In this document: piece by piece, positions 24,375 to 35,900 of the stretch
How the letters are laid out: each line of letters starts with the position of its first letter
Numbering within the stretch: the stretch's first letter is position 1
Origin: a virus
Taxonomy: Duplodnaviria; Caudoviricetes
Reading direction: 5' to 3' (one strand)
DNA length: 53,997 bases
Virus record (IMG/VR): IMGVR_UViG_3300032237_000992
Span: 1 to 53,997 of that record
Notes under the pieces: generated by a model
Seen by the model: the letters and a program-made list of their open reading frames with translations, nothing else
The model's database searches: none
What the model was told of the DNA's origin: nothing
Translations under genes and position numbers: made by a program

Positions 24375-24413
24375 TCTGCTACAATACACAAGTCAACCAA
24401 AGGGAACCACCCC

Positions 24414-24596
24414 ATGACCTTCGCTTTCACCGACGCCGCTCAGATCGAAGACGACAGCGACTTCTGGACCTCTGAGGCCATCGACCAGTACCTCAGCGAG
24501 TGCGAGCCCGATTGCGACGACAGCGACGACGGCTACGCTCTGGCCTCCGCTGGCTGGGGGACCGATGAGGATTACGGCTGCGCCGCCGACTTCTGA
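24414..24596 (+). CDS. Very acidic mini-protein
   Basis: D/E-rich; DDGYALASAGWGTDEDYG motif. Confidence 0.7.
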   Translation: MTFAFTDAAQIEDDSDFWTSEAIDQYLSECEPDCDDSDDGYALASAGWGTDEDYGCAADF

Positions 24597-24680
24597 GGCC
24601 AGCAGGGAGCCCGCAAGGGCTCCCACACTCCAGCCCCTTTCTGTGCTACACTGATCCAGTCAACCACCGACACCCCGACC

Positions 24681-24995
24681 ATGATCACCGCCACCATCAT
24701 CAGCCCCGTCACCGCTGAAGCCGTGGCCTGCCTGGGGCACTCTGTCTACAGCAGCGCCATGCGCTGCTGGGCTTTGGTCGTCAACAACGACAATGATCCC
24801 GAGCTGCTCGTTTTGTTCCGCGAGGGCGGGACTGTCTACCGCTACGCTTTCAAGGATTGGGCCGCTGCCCGTGAGTGGGACGCCATCCGCCACGATGAGC
24901 AGTGGGCCGCCGATGAGGAGGCCGAGCCCATGTCTTGGGGTCGCTGCTTCCATGCCTTTCTGAGGGAAGGGCTGATCCTGCCCATCGCCGCCTGA
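24681..24995 (+). CDS. KTSC-like hypothetical protein
   Basis: SSAM......ELLVLFREGGTVYRY...SWGR.FH. Confidence 0.55.
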   Translation: MITATIISPVTAEAVACLGHSVYSSAMRCWALVVNNDNDPELLVLFREGGTVYRYAFKDWAAAREWDAIRHDEQWAADEEAEPMSWGRCFHAFLREGLILPIAA

Positions 24996-25027
24996 GGCCC
25001 TACGGGAGGGGACTGGCGTCCCCTCCC

Positions 25028-25348
25028 ATTCGTTAGTCTCATTCGTTCCATTCGTTCTCATTCGTTCTATTCGTAATGGCCATCTTCTCTGCGTGCTGTG
25101 ACATTCGTACCCGCCAGCTTTCGTGGGTTGGGCGTGATGTTGAGACGGGTGAACTAGATTCGCCTTTCGCTATGTCTTCGGCAACGATTGCGGCACAGTA
25201 CGCGAAGGCTTATGCGTCTGATGTTCGTGTTCACAAATGGGCCGAAGATCGCTGAGGTTCGTGATAACAATGCCCCGCCATTCGTGGGGCATTTATTATA
25301 TTCGTGTATTCGTGATTCGTAGTATATTCGTTCGTTCGTGATTCGCAG
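25028..25348. repeat. ATTCGT repeat clusters flanking a small ORF
   Basis: Five copies in 25028-25075 and about seven in 25300-25348. Confidence 0.85.
25076..25255 (+). CDS. Hypothetical mini-protein
   Basis: Manually translated 59 aa MAIFSACCDIRTRQLSWVGR... Confidence 0.55.
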   Translation: MAIFSACCDIRTRQLSWVGRDVETGELDSPFAMSSATIAAQYAKAYASDVRVHKWAEDR

Positions 25349-25509
25349 TCTGGCGCCTATTTCTTATAGCGGGGGGCGGGGGCGTGTTTATAAAAACCAT
25401 AACTACCCTAAGCTATAAACGACCCAGATCGAGCAAGTAATATAAAACTCCATTTTAAAAAAATTTCTCCCCTATATAAAAGCAAAAATAACTTTTTTAT
25501 ATACGAAAG

Positions 25510-25686
25510 ATGAAAAAAAATTCCCAGAATATTTTTGAGCCCGTAGAGATTGATCCAATCAGCGGCGAGTACTACATCAAAATTCCAGAACAAATTATGA
25601 ATGAACTGAACTGGTATGAGGATACAGAAATTCAATTTTTAATTGAGGGTAATGAAGTGGTTCTCTCCGAAAAACAGTCGAATTGA
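25510..25686 (+). CDS. AbrB/MazE/SpoVT-like DNA-binding protein
   Basis: Manually translated 58 aa; GEYYIKIPEQIMNELNWYEDTEIQFLIEGNEVVL fits the swapped-hairpin pattern. Confidence 0.7.
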   Translation: MKKNSQNIFEPVEIDPISGEYYIKIPEQIMNELNWYEDTEIQFLIEGNEVVLSEKQSN

Positions 25687-25711
25687 CAAAGACTACATAA
25701 TAGTGTATGAT
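25683..25711 (+). promoter_or_regulatory. Host-like sigma70 promoter
   Basis: TTGACA-17bp-TATGAT. Confidence 0.75.
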
Positions 25712-25734
25712 ACTGAAGTAAACCGTACTATCTT

Positions 25735-26490
25735 ATGGCTAAAGGATTTACAGTAAAGGCAAAAAGCCCAACAGCAGAACCCCAACAAGAATGGGACTAT
25801 AATCTCGCAAAAGAGATGATTCGAGGAAAGTCAATCGTCTTCTGTCTTCCAGGAAGAGGAGTTTCCTACACATACTTAAAGAGCTTCGTTCAATTGTGTT
25901 TTGATCTTGTTCAGTCAGGAGCAAGTATTCAAATTTCACAAGATTATTCATCCATGGTGAATTTCGCAAGATGCAAATGTCTTGGCGCAAATGTTCTCAG
26001 AGGTCCTGACCAAATACCTTGGGATGGAAAACTCAATTATGATTGGCAACTTTGGATTGACAGTGATATTGTTTTTAACACCGAAAAATTCTTTCAATTG
26101 GTCTTAATGGACAAAGATATCGCTGCTGGTTGGTATGCTACGGAAGATGGCTTCACAACCTCAGTTGCTCATTGGCTCGATGAAGATGATTTCAGAGGTA
26201 ATGGTGGAGTGATGAATCATGAAACCGTAGAAAGCATTTCAAAGCGTCGTAAACCATTTACAGTGGATTATACAGGCTTTGGATGGGTACTAATTAAAAA
26301 TGGTGTTTTTGAGCATTCAGAAATGAAGTATCCTTGGTTTGCTCCAAAGATGCAAGTCTTTGAATCTGGAAGTGTTCAAGACATGTGTGGAGAGGACGTA
26401 TCGTTCTGTTTGGATGCAAAAGAAGCAGGCTTTGAAATTTGGTGCGATCCTCGCATTCGGGTTGGTCACGAAAAGACAAGAATTATCTGA
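25735..26490 (+). CDS. GT-A fold glycosyltransferase-like protein
   Basis: NFAR..C, LWIDSDIVF (DxD), GFGWVLIK..VFE, GEDVSFC, VGHEK. Confidence 0.75.
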   Translation: MAKGFTVKAKSPTAEPQQEWDYNLAKEMIRGKSIVFCLPGRGVSYTYLKSFVQLCFDLVQSGASIQISQDYSSMVNFARCKCLGANVLRGPDQIPWDGKLNYDWQLWIDSDIVFNTEKFFQLVLMDKDIAAGWYATEDGFTTSVAHWLDEDDFRGNGGVMNHETVESISKRRKPFTVDYTGFGWVLIKNGVFEHSEMKYPWFAPKMQVFESGSVQDMCGEDVSFCLDAKEAGFEIWCDPRIRVGHEKTRII

Positions 26491-26494
26491 TTGA

Positions 26495-26659
26495 ATGGCT
26501 AACGAACACTATAATATTTTTCTGAAAGATGAATTACTTCATCACAATATCTCAGAAGAAGAATATTTCGATTTGATGGAGAATCTGTCAATTAATTATT
26601 ATCAGACAGGTTCTCCAAAGCCTGAAGACCTTAGAACTGAAATTTTATTGGAGAATTAA
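26495..26659 (+). CDS. Hypothetical protein
   Basis: Manually translated 54 aa. Confidence 0.65.
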   Translation: MANEHYNIFLKDELLHHNISEEEYFDLMENLSINYYQTGSPKPEDLRTEILLEN

Positions 26660-26662
26660 TTT

Positions 26663-26815
26663 ATGGCAAAATCAAGCACTGGTGGTTTGAATAAAAACAG
26701 CTCTTATATTCCTGGGAAACCTAAGAAATCTCGTCAAGGAGATGGAGGTGGCACTAAGTATGCTGCCTCTTCTCGTAATAAAGCGCGAAAAAAGTATAGG
26801 GGACAAGGAAACTAA
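26663..26815 (+). CDS. Small basic protein
   Basis: Manually translated 50 aa ...PKKSRQGDGGGTKYAASSRNKARKKYRGQGN; GGAG RBS. Confidence 0.7.
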   Translation: MAKSSTGGLNKNSSYIPGKPKKSRQGDGGGTKYAASSRNKARKKYRGQGN

Positions 26816-26824
26816 TAACTTAAG

Positions 26825-26847
26825 GAAGCCTTCGGGCTTCTTTTTTT
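26825..26847 (+). terminator. Intrinsic terminator with UUCG tetraloop
   Basis: gaagcc-ttcg-ggcttc-ttttttt. Confidence 0.9.
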
Positions 26848-26894
26848 ATGGCATAAATATATTTTTCAAATTTACGGCCTTGGAGCAATTTTCT

Positions 26895-27221
26895 ATGGGT
26901 AAACACCTCCTTTTGGAGGTCTATAATGTCAATTTTGACCTTTTAAACGACACAATTTCTCTAGTAGAAACGATGAAGAGAGGAATTGAAAGGGCCAAAA
27001 TGACGATTTTGAACGTTTATCCACATAAATTTGAGCCACAAGGCTGCACAATCGTCATTGCACTTGCAGAAAGTCATGTTTCTTGTCATTCTTGGCCAGA
27101 AGAAGGATGTATTTCAATCGACGTATATACATGTGGTGAAAAAAATCCCAAATTAATTGCACTTGAGCTATTAAAATACCTAGATTCTTATAATTATAGA
27201 CTAAGAGAGCTAAATCGTTAA
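26895..27221 (+). CDS. speD: S-adenosylmethionine decarboxylase proenzyme
   Basis: MGKHLL, F.PQG.T...LAESH.S.H.WPE, DVYTCG. Confidence 0.92.
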   Translation: MGKHLLLEVYNVNFDLLNDTISLVETMKRGIERAKMTILNVYPHKFEPQGCTIVIALAESHVSCHSWPEEGCISIDVYTCGEKNPKLIALELLKYLDSYNYRLRELNR

Positions 27222-27288
27222 ATAGGAATTAGGAGATAGCAACCTCCTTCATAAAAGTTCTGTTTTATTCACTAAAACAGGAGCTAAA

Positions 27289-27534
27289 ATGTCCAATTTA
27301 AACGTCGATAGAGACAAAGAGTATATGTATTCAATGTGGGGAACCACTAGTTTGATCACAGACTATTCACAAAATCGTCCACAGAGAGTAATTCAAGAGA
27401 TTATGCATGATACTGCACCGAAGCATAATTTCAAAAAACAACAAGATTTGCATGAAAAGATTCGAAATGACGAAGATTATGATGATTGGGAATATGGAAC
27501 AGAGCCCAATTATGGTTCTTCCTGGAAACGATAA
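27289..27534 (+). CDS. Conserved hypothetical protein
   Basis: ORF track; AGGAG RBS. Confidence 0.7.
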   Translation: MSNLNVDRDKEYMYSMWGTTSLITDYSQNRPQRVIQEIMHDTAPKHNFKKQQDLHEKIRNDEDYDDWEYGTEPNYGSSWKR

Positions 27535-27562
27535 TAAATAAAGAAAGAAATTCTATGTCCAA

Positions 27563-27964
27563 ATGGCAATAACTAGGATATCTAGGTCTTTCAAAGATAT
27601 TAGTTTATCCTTTGAACCTCATCCAGTCACTAAAGATTTACCAGTATTAAAAAATCAGAACGCAATTATACGTTCAATTCGGAATTTAGTTGAAACAATT
27701 CCTACTGAAAGATTTTTTAATCCCACTTTAGGATCAAATGTACGTTCAAGTTTATTTGAATTTGTAGATTTTGGTACTGCCTCAATTATTAGAGATCAGA
27801 TTTTAAATGTAATCTCTAATTATGAACCAAGAGTAGCAAATGTATCTGTGAATGTAAACCCAAGTCCTGATACAAATGAATTTGAAGTGACTGTATCTTT
27901 TATAATTATAGGACAAGAATTCCCAATTCAAACATTCTCTTTCATATTAGAGGCAACAGGATAA
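27563..27964 (+). CDS. gp25: Baseplate wedge subunit gp25
   Basis: FKDISLSF..HP...D...L...NAI..SIRNL..T..TERFFNP.LGS...YEPRV. Confidence 0.92.
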   Translation: MAITRISRSFKDISLSFEPHPVTKDLPVLKNQNAIIRSIRNLVETIPTERFFNPTLGSNVRSSLFEFVDFGTASIIRDQILNVISNYEPRVANVSVNVNPSPDTNEFEVTVSFIIIGQEFPIQTFSFILEATG

Positions 27965-27965
27965 A

Positions 27966-29933
27966 ATGCCTTTTACTAAGTTTGCTAATTTAGATTTCGA
28001 TCAAATTAAAACGTCGATTAAAGATTATCTTCGCTCAAATTCTAACTTTACTGATTTTGATTTTGAGGGATCTAACTTTTCAGTTTTAATTGATACTTTG
28101 GCATTTAATACTTATATTACTGCATTTAATTCAAATATGGTTGTCAATGAATCTTTTCTAGATTCAGCAACTTTAAGGGAAAATGTTGTCTCTCTGGCAA
28201 GAAATATTGGTTACGTTCCAAGGTCCAGAACTTGTTCATCTGCAGTAGTTTCCTTCACAGCAACTACTGCAGATAGTAACGTATCTACGCTTACATTGCA
28301 ATCTGGATTAGTTTGTACTGGATCTGCAGGAAATAGTTCATATATTTTTTCCATTCCTGATAATGTTACTGCAACAGTAACACCATCTGCACCAAGAGGT
28401 ACAAATATTGATGGTATTGCTACTTTTAATAATTTAGAAATTTTTCAGGGAACGTTCTTAAAAAAAGAATTTATTGTAAATGGATCATTAGATCAAAGAT
28501 TTATTCTAGATAATTCTTTTATTGATGCATCAACAATAAGAGTTTATGTAAAAGGTCAAAGTGATATAGGAATTGGAAGACCTTATAAACTTGTAGATAA
28601 TATCTTTCAAATTAATTCAACCTCTGAAATCTATTTGCTTCAAGAAGTTAAGGATGAAAAATACGAACTTCTTTTTGGAGATGGCATTTTTGGGAAAAAA
28701 CTTGAAAATAATTCAGTAATTACAGTAACTTACATTGTTACCGATGGAATAGAGGGTAATGGTGCAAGTTCATTTAATTTTGCTGGCTCATTTTTAAAAG
28801 ATCAGACTAATAATGTTGCAATTTTAAGTGATTCCATAACAGTTAATACAGTTCAGAATTCTCAGAATGGCTCTGATATTGAAAGTATTGATTCAATTAA
28901 AAGATTCGCTCCTCGCCTTTATTCATCTCAATATCGTGCAGTTACTGCAAAAGATTATGAAACCCTCATTAAATCTAAAATATATCCAAATACTGAGTCA
29001 ATTTCTGTAGTAGGAGGAGAGGAACTTAGTCCTCCACAGTACGGGAAAGTTTTTATTAGCGTCAAACCAAAAAATGGAACATATCTTTCAGAGTTTAATA
29101 AACAGCAAATAAAAAACAAGCTTAAAGGTTATGGTGTTTCTGGCATCAATCCAGAAATTATAGACTTAAAAATACTCTATGTTGAAATTGATTCTTCAAT
29201 TTATTATGATTATTCTAAAGTAGGTAGTGTAGAAGATTTAAGAACAAATGTAATTAATTCATTATCTATGTATGCAAAATCATCAGATTTAAATACTTTT
29301 GGCGGAAGATTTAAGTATAGTAAAATACTTCAAACAATTGACAATACAAATACTGCAATTACTTCAAATATTACAAAAGTTAGAATAAGAAGAGATTTAA
29401 AAGTCTTAATCAATTCTCCAACACAATATGATATTTGTTTTGGAAATAAATTCCACATTAATTCCGAAGGAAAAAATATAAAATCAACAGGATTTAAACT
29501 TTTTGGATTAACTGATAATCTATACTTTACAGATATACCAAATAAAAATTCAGACGGAACTTTAACAGGAAAAGGTACACTTGCAATAGTTAAAGAAATT
29601 CAAGTAACAACTGCTGGATCAACTAAAACAGAATATTCTGTTGTTTCACAATCTGCAGGAACTGTAGATTATGTAAATGGTGAAATACTTATAAATCAAT
29701 TAAATATAACTTCTACAGATATACCAGAAAATATAATTGAAATTCAAGCATTTCCTGAATCTAATGATATTATTGGACTTAAAGATTTGTATTTAATTTT
29801 TAATATTGAAAAAAGTTCAATAAATATGGTAAAGGATGTTATTGCATCTGGCGATGATATATCTGGAGTAGTATTTTCTACTAGCGATTATTACAGATCA
29901 AGTTATTCAAATGGGGAACTAAAGAGGTTGTGA
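27966..29933 (+). CDS. gp6: Baseplate wedge subunit gp6
   Basis: LDFDQIK..IKDYLR....FTDFDFEGS...NESFLDSATLRENVVSLARNIGYVP; RAVTA.DY. Confidence 0.93.
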   Translation: MPFTKFANLDFDQIKTSIKDYLRSNSNFTDFDFEGSNFSVLIDTLAFNTYITAFNSNMVVNESFLDSATLRENVVSLARNIGYVPRSRTCSSAVVSFTATTADSNVSTLTLQSGLVCTGSAGNSSYIFSIPDNVTATVTPSAPRGTNIDGIATFNNLEIFQGTFLKKEFIVNGSLDQRFILDNSFIDASTIRVYVKGQSDIGIGRPYKLVDNIFQINSTSEIYLLQEVKDEKYELLFGDGIFGKKLENNSVITVTYIVTDGIEGNGASSFNFAGSFLKDQTNNVAILSDSITVNTVQNSQNGSDIESIDSIKRFAPRLYSSQYRAVTAKDYETLIKSKIYPNTESISVVGGEELSPPQYGKVFISVKPKNGTYLSEFNKQQIKNKLKGYGVSGINPEIIDLKILYVEIDSSIYYDYSKVGSVEDLRTNVINSLSMYAKSSDLNTFGGRFKYSKILQTIDNTNTAITSNITKVRIRRDLKVLINSPTQYDICFGNKFHINSEGKNIKSTGFKLFGLTDNLYFTDIPNKNSDGTLTGKGTLAIVKEIQVTTAGSTKTEYSVVSQSAGTVDYVNGEILINQLNITSTDIPENIIEIQAFPESNDIIGLKDLYLIFNIEKSSINMVKDVIASGDDISGVVFSTSDYYRSSYSNGELKRL

Positions 29934-29934
29934 T

Positions 29935-32900
29935 ATGATACAAGAGGGTTTTGAATCCAGAGTAAAAGTACAACAAATAATTGATAGTCAATTACCAGAA
30001 TTTATAATAGATGAAAGTCCAAAGGCTTCGGAATTTTTAAAGCAATATTATATTTCTCAAGAATATCAGGGTGGCACAATTGATATTTCTGATAATTTAG
30101 ATCAATATTTAAAGTTAGATAACCTCACTCCAGAAGTTGTTGTTGGATTTACTTATCTAAGTGAAGAATCTGGATACTACGTTTCTCCAGAAGATGATGA
30201 AATTTTAGTAGATTCGACTAAAGGTTTTCCAGAAAAATATGGATTGCTTAAAATTGATGATGAAATAATTACATATACTCATAAAACAACAACTCAATTT
30301 TTAGGATGTATTCGTGGCTTTAGTGGAATAACAAACTATCATGATACTTTAGATTCTGAAGAGTTGGTTTTTCAAACCACCGAAGCAACAGCGCATACCA
30401 ATACAGATTCATCTGGATATAGAACCAAAGTACAAAATTTAAGCTCATTATTTTTACAAGAATTTTATAAAAAAATTAAATATTCTTTAACAACAGATTT
30501 ACAAAATAAAGATTTTGTACCTGAATTGAATGTTGGAAACTTTATAAAAGAAGCTAGAACACTGTATGAATCTAAAGGTACTGAAGAATCATTTAGAATT
30601 CTTTTCAATGTTTTGTTTGGAGAAACTCCAAAAATTATTAATCTTGAAGATTTTCTTATTAAACCATCCTCAGCAAATTACATCAGAAGATTAGTTGTAG
30701 TATCTGATGTAATTTCAGGGAATGCCTTAAATCTTCAAGGGCAAACTCTAACAAAAAGTACAGATCCAAACACAACAGCATCTATATCCGAAGTTGAAAT
30801 AATTAAAAGAAAAAATAAAATATATTATAAACTTTTGCTTTTTGTTGGGTATGATAATTCATTTGAGCCAATAACTGGCACATTTGATATTACAGGAAGC
30901 ACTAAAAACATAGAAATTGTAAATGTTGGAGAGACAACAATTATAGTAGATTCTACAATAGGATTTCCAGAATCTGGAGTTCTTTATGCTAACAATAATG
31001 TCATTACTTATACAAATAAAAGTATTAATCAATTTTTTAATTGTAACGGAATAAATTCTACAATTCCTACTGCATCCACAATTTTTTCAAATGAAACATA
31101 TTATGGATATGAAAACGGAGATACTGATAAAAAAGTTGAATTAAGAATTACTGGCGTCTTATCAGATTATATTCCAATTGAAACAAATTCTGTACCAAGT
31201 ATTGGTGAAAAAATTGGAGTAAAAAGTATAGGAAAAATTATTGAAAATCCAACTTCAGATAGAAATTATCAACAAATTTTTGCAAATAGTTGGATTTATA
31301 ATACTAGTTCTAGATATGAAGTTACTGATAATTTTGTTTCTGGAAATACTAATCAAATTATTCTTAAAAGTAATATTGATAAATCTAGTTTAAAAGTTAA
31401 AGATACTATAGAATTATTATCTAGAAATAGTCAGCAAGTAATTAAATCTAATTTATCAGTAGAAGAAATTGATGGCAATCAGATTACTCTTAATGATTCT
31501 GTCAGTCTTTTTGTAGGGAAAAATTATGACATTAGAAGAAAGCTTAAAAATGCATCTAGTTCAAATATAGATTTAGAATTTGATAAAATAACTTCTGATA
31601 TTCAAAACGTATATGATGGTAATGATTCATATATGTATGTTGCATCAAATTCTTTTCCATCATATGAAATTGATAAATCTTTATTTTCATATACAGCATC
31701 TAACGTTTCTGGCTATGATTCAGAAACAGATTTATACTCAAAGATTACTTTTAACAGTAAAATTTCATTTTTGAACGGTAGTGAGGTCTATTATAAACCT
31801 TCTGCTGATGCAATTAGTGGGTTAAAAGAAGGAATTTATTATGTTGAAATCTTTGAACATCAACAATATGATGAAATAAGATTATATGTTTCTAAGTCTG
31901 TAGTTGGCACTCAAAATTATTTAAATTTTGAAGGTTTAACTCCAGGAGATCATATTTTTATATTGAGTTCTCAAAAAGATGCAATTTTATCACCACAAAA
32001 AATATTAAGAAAATTTCCACTAAATGTCAATATTGGTGATGGAAAATCTGATGAAACTCCTGTAGGATCTACTGGAATGTTAATTAATGGAGTTGAAATT
32101 TATAACTATAAATCAAAAAATAAAATTTATTATGGACCTTTAAAAGAAGTTAATGTTTTAAATGCAGGAAAAAATTATGATGTTATAAATCCACCTGTTT
32201 TATCACCTTCTTATGGATCTGCTTTAATTCAACCAGTTGTAAGTGGTTCAATAGAAAAAATTTATTTAAATCCTCAAGACTTTGAGATTGATGTAATAGT
32301 TTCAATAGCACTTACTGGAGGTAATGGATCTGGAAGTGTATTTCAACCATTATTTGAAAGAAAGAGAAGAGAAATAGAATTTGATGCTAAATTATCTTCT
32401 GATGGAGGTGGTGTAGATACTACAGTAGAAACAATTACATTTTTAACAAATCATAATTTGGTAGATGGGCAGGAGGTTATATATCAATCACTTGGAAATA
32501 CTCCCATAGGTATTGGTGCATTTCTTGGTTCAAATACTTATTCTGGATTGACTTTAAAAGATCAATCATCATATTATGTCAAATTTGTAAATAATAAAAC
32601 TATAAGATTATATTCTACTATTGATGATTTTAATGCAGGAATTAATACTATAGGATTTACTCTTAGTACTGCTTCAGGAATTCAAAAATTTGCTACTACA
32701 ATTAAAAATACCTTAAGTGAAATTAAAATTGTTAATGGAGGATCAGGCTACTCAAATAGAAAATTGAGAGTTTCTCCATCTGGAATTTCTACTGCAAATG
32801 ATACAATTTATTTTCCAAATCATGGATTTAATAATGGAGAAATAGTAACTTATTCCTTTACGGGAAGTACTATATCAGGATTATCTACATCAAATCAATA

Positions 32901-35900
32901 TTATATTTTTAAAGTTGATAATGATACATTTAAACTATCTGATGCTGGAATAGGTGCAACAATAATAACTAATTATCAAAGAAAAAAAGCTGTAAATTTA
33001 CAATCAATAGGAAGTGGTTATCATATCTTTAATTATCCTAACATAACGTTAGAAATAAACTACAGCTCAGTTGGAATAAATACTGACCAAACTAAAGGTA
33101 TTATTGTTGCAACTCCAGTTGTAAGAGGAAGTATAATAGATGCTTACATTTATGATGCTGGTAGCGATTATGGATCAACAATTTTAAATTATCATAAAAA
33201 ACCAAATATTACCATAAAAAATGGTAAGGATGCTCAGTGTAAACCAATTATTGTAAATGGGAAAATAATTGACGTTTCTATTCAATTTGGTGGTTCAGAA
33301 TATTATTCAGATCCAGATATTACTGTAATAGATTCGTCTGGAAGTGGAAGAGGTTGCATTTTAAGACCAATTATTGAAAATAATAAATTAAGCGACGTAA
33401 TAGTTATCAATCCTGGAGTGGGTTATTCGAATAATAGTACCACTATTCAAGTTATACCTTCTGGAAAAAATGCAATATTTGATGCCAATATAAGAGATCT
33501 TACAGTTAACAATAATGTTTTGTTTAATGATGCTAATAGTATTAATTCAGAAACAAATGAAATTGTAACATCATCTTATAATAATTTACAATATTTTATT
33601 AGTGGATATGATAATAATCTTCAAAAAGAATTTAATGATAATGGCACTAAGCATTCTCCAATAATTGGATGGGCTTATGATGGAAATCCAATTTATGGAT
33701 CATACGGATATACAGATCCGAAAAGTTCAAGTGGCAATATAACAAGGTTATCTTCTGGATATTCACTAAATTCAAGTAATATCATCAACAGACCAGATGA
33801 ATTTGGTCCTGGATTTTTTATTGAGGATTATCAATTCACAAATTCTGGTGATCTTGATGAATATAATGGTAGATTTTGTGTAACGAATGAATTTCCAAAT
33901 GGAGTTTATGCATATTTTGCTCCAACAAAAATAAATTCTCAAAATAATGTTGTAGGAGTATTCCCATATTTTATTGGAAATAGATACAGATCAGCATTTG
34001 TAAATGAAAATAAGACATTAAATCAATCATTTGATTTTAATAGTTCTTCTCTTATAAGAAATACATTCCCATACAAAATAAAAGATGAGACTGCGAACAA
34101 TGATTTTATTGTTGAATCAAATGAAGTTATTTCACAATTATCGGAAATAGAATCAGTTACTTCTGGTTCTATTGAAGGATTTGAAATTATTAACTCCGGA
34201 CAAAATTATAAAGTTGGTGATAGTGTTATTTTTGATGAATCTAATACTGGAGGTGGTGGATTATTTGCAAAAATATCTGAAATTGGGGGAAAAGACATTG
34301 TAAATATACAAACCAGTTCTTCAATTTATAACAACGCTACTTTTATTTGGAATGATAAGAATGAAATAAAAGTAAAAATATATCCATATCATAACTTAAA
34401 TAATTTAGATACTATCTACGTTTCTGGTTTTTCTACATCTTTAAGTTATCTAAATGGGTTCCATACGATTGATGTATCAACTAATACTTCAATATTAATT
34501 AAAGATATTCCATATTCTGCATCTGGAATTGTAACTGATATCTATGTTTCTATTATTCCATCAGATGTTTCTATAGGAAGTAGTATTAAAATAGAGCAGG
34601 ATATATTATCTGTCCTTAATATATTCCCAAATCAAAATGTAATTAGAGTTAAATCTAGTAACTCTTTGGGTCTTCATACCACATCAACTTCAATTTATTT
34701 TATACCAGATACTTTTGTAATTAATAAATCTACAAATAGTTTTGATTCCAAAGTAAATGATTTGGTATATTTTAATCCAAAAAATTCAGTAGGTGTTGGA
34801 ACAACTTCTGGAACTTCTATAGAAAGTACTTATAATGTAGGAATTCAAACCAATAATAAGATTTCTTTACAGACACAAGCGATTTATTTGCCAAATCATC
34901 CATTTAAGACTGGTCAGGAAATAAGTCTTCAAATACCTTCAACATCACCATCATATTATTTAAGTGTTGCAAATACATCAACATCAACTAATTTTACAAT
35001 TCCATATAGTGGTAATAATCAAAAATTATATGCAATTAAAAAATCTAATGATTACATTGGAATTGTAACACAGATTGGGTTAACAACTTCCACAAATGGT
35101 CTATATTTTATTAATAATGGTGATAATAGTTATGAATATTCTATTCAATCTAATTTTATCCAATTAAGTGGAAATATTCAAAAAAATAAATCCACTGTGT
35201 CAGTATCTACATCACATAATTTAATTGATGGTGATACTATAACTTTATCAATTAAACCAAATCTATCTGTTGGGATTGGAACTTCATCTTCTATTAAAGT
35301 TTTGCGTGATGCTAGTACTGGATATATTCTATTCAATCCATTATCATTTACATCTTCTCAAGTAGATACAACTAAAAATACAATAAATATCACCTCACAT
35401 CAATTAAAGACTGGGGACAAAGTTAAATATTCTGCTAATACTCCCATATCGGGTCTTTCTAATGAATTTTATTTTGTTTATAAAGTAGATGATAATACTA
35501 TAAAATTATCAGAAACTTATATTGATGCTGCAAAGACAAATCCTCCAAATAATATAATATTTGGAAGTACTGGAGGATCAAGTCAAACGATTTCTTTAGT
35601 AAATCCATCCATAAATGTTATAAAAAATAATGATTTAGTTTTTAATTTAAGTGATCCTTCTTTATTAAATTATAAGTTTAAAATATTTTATGATCAAAAT
35701 TTCTCTGATGAATTTATTTCAACTGGATCTACATCAATATTTTCAACCATTGGTATTGGAACTATTGGAGTATCCACAAATGCTTCGTTAAAAATAAATT
35801 CAAACGATGATTTGCCAGTATCACTATTCTATAATTTAGAAAGATCTGGTTATATAAGTACTTGTGATAAAGAAGTTGATAATTATTTAAAAATTAATTT

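Noticed and set aside
22727-25061. Long minus-strand and alternative-frame ORFs in the GC-rich block
   Set aside because: Shadow ORFs expected at high GC; + strand mini-genes fit the promoters, RBSs and stop positions
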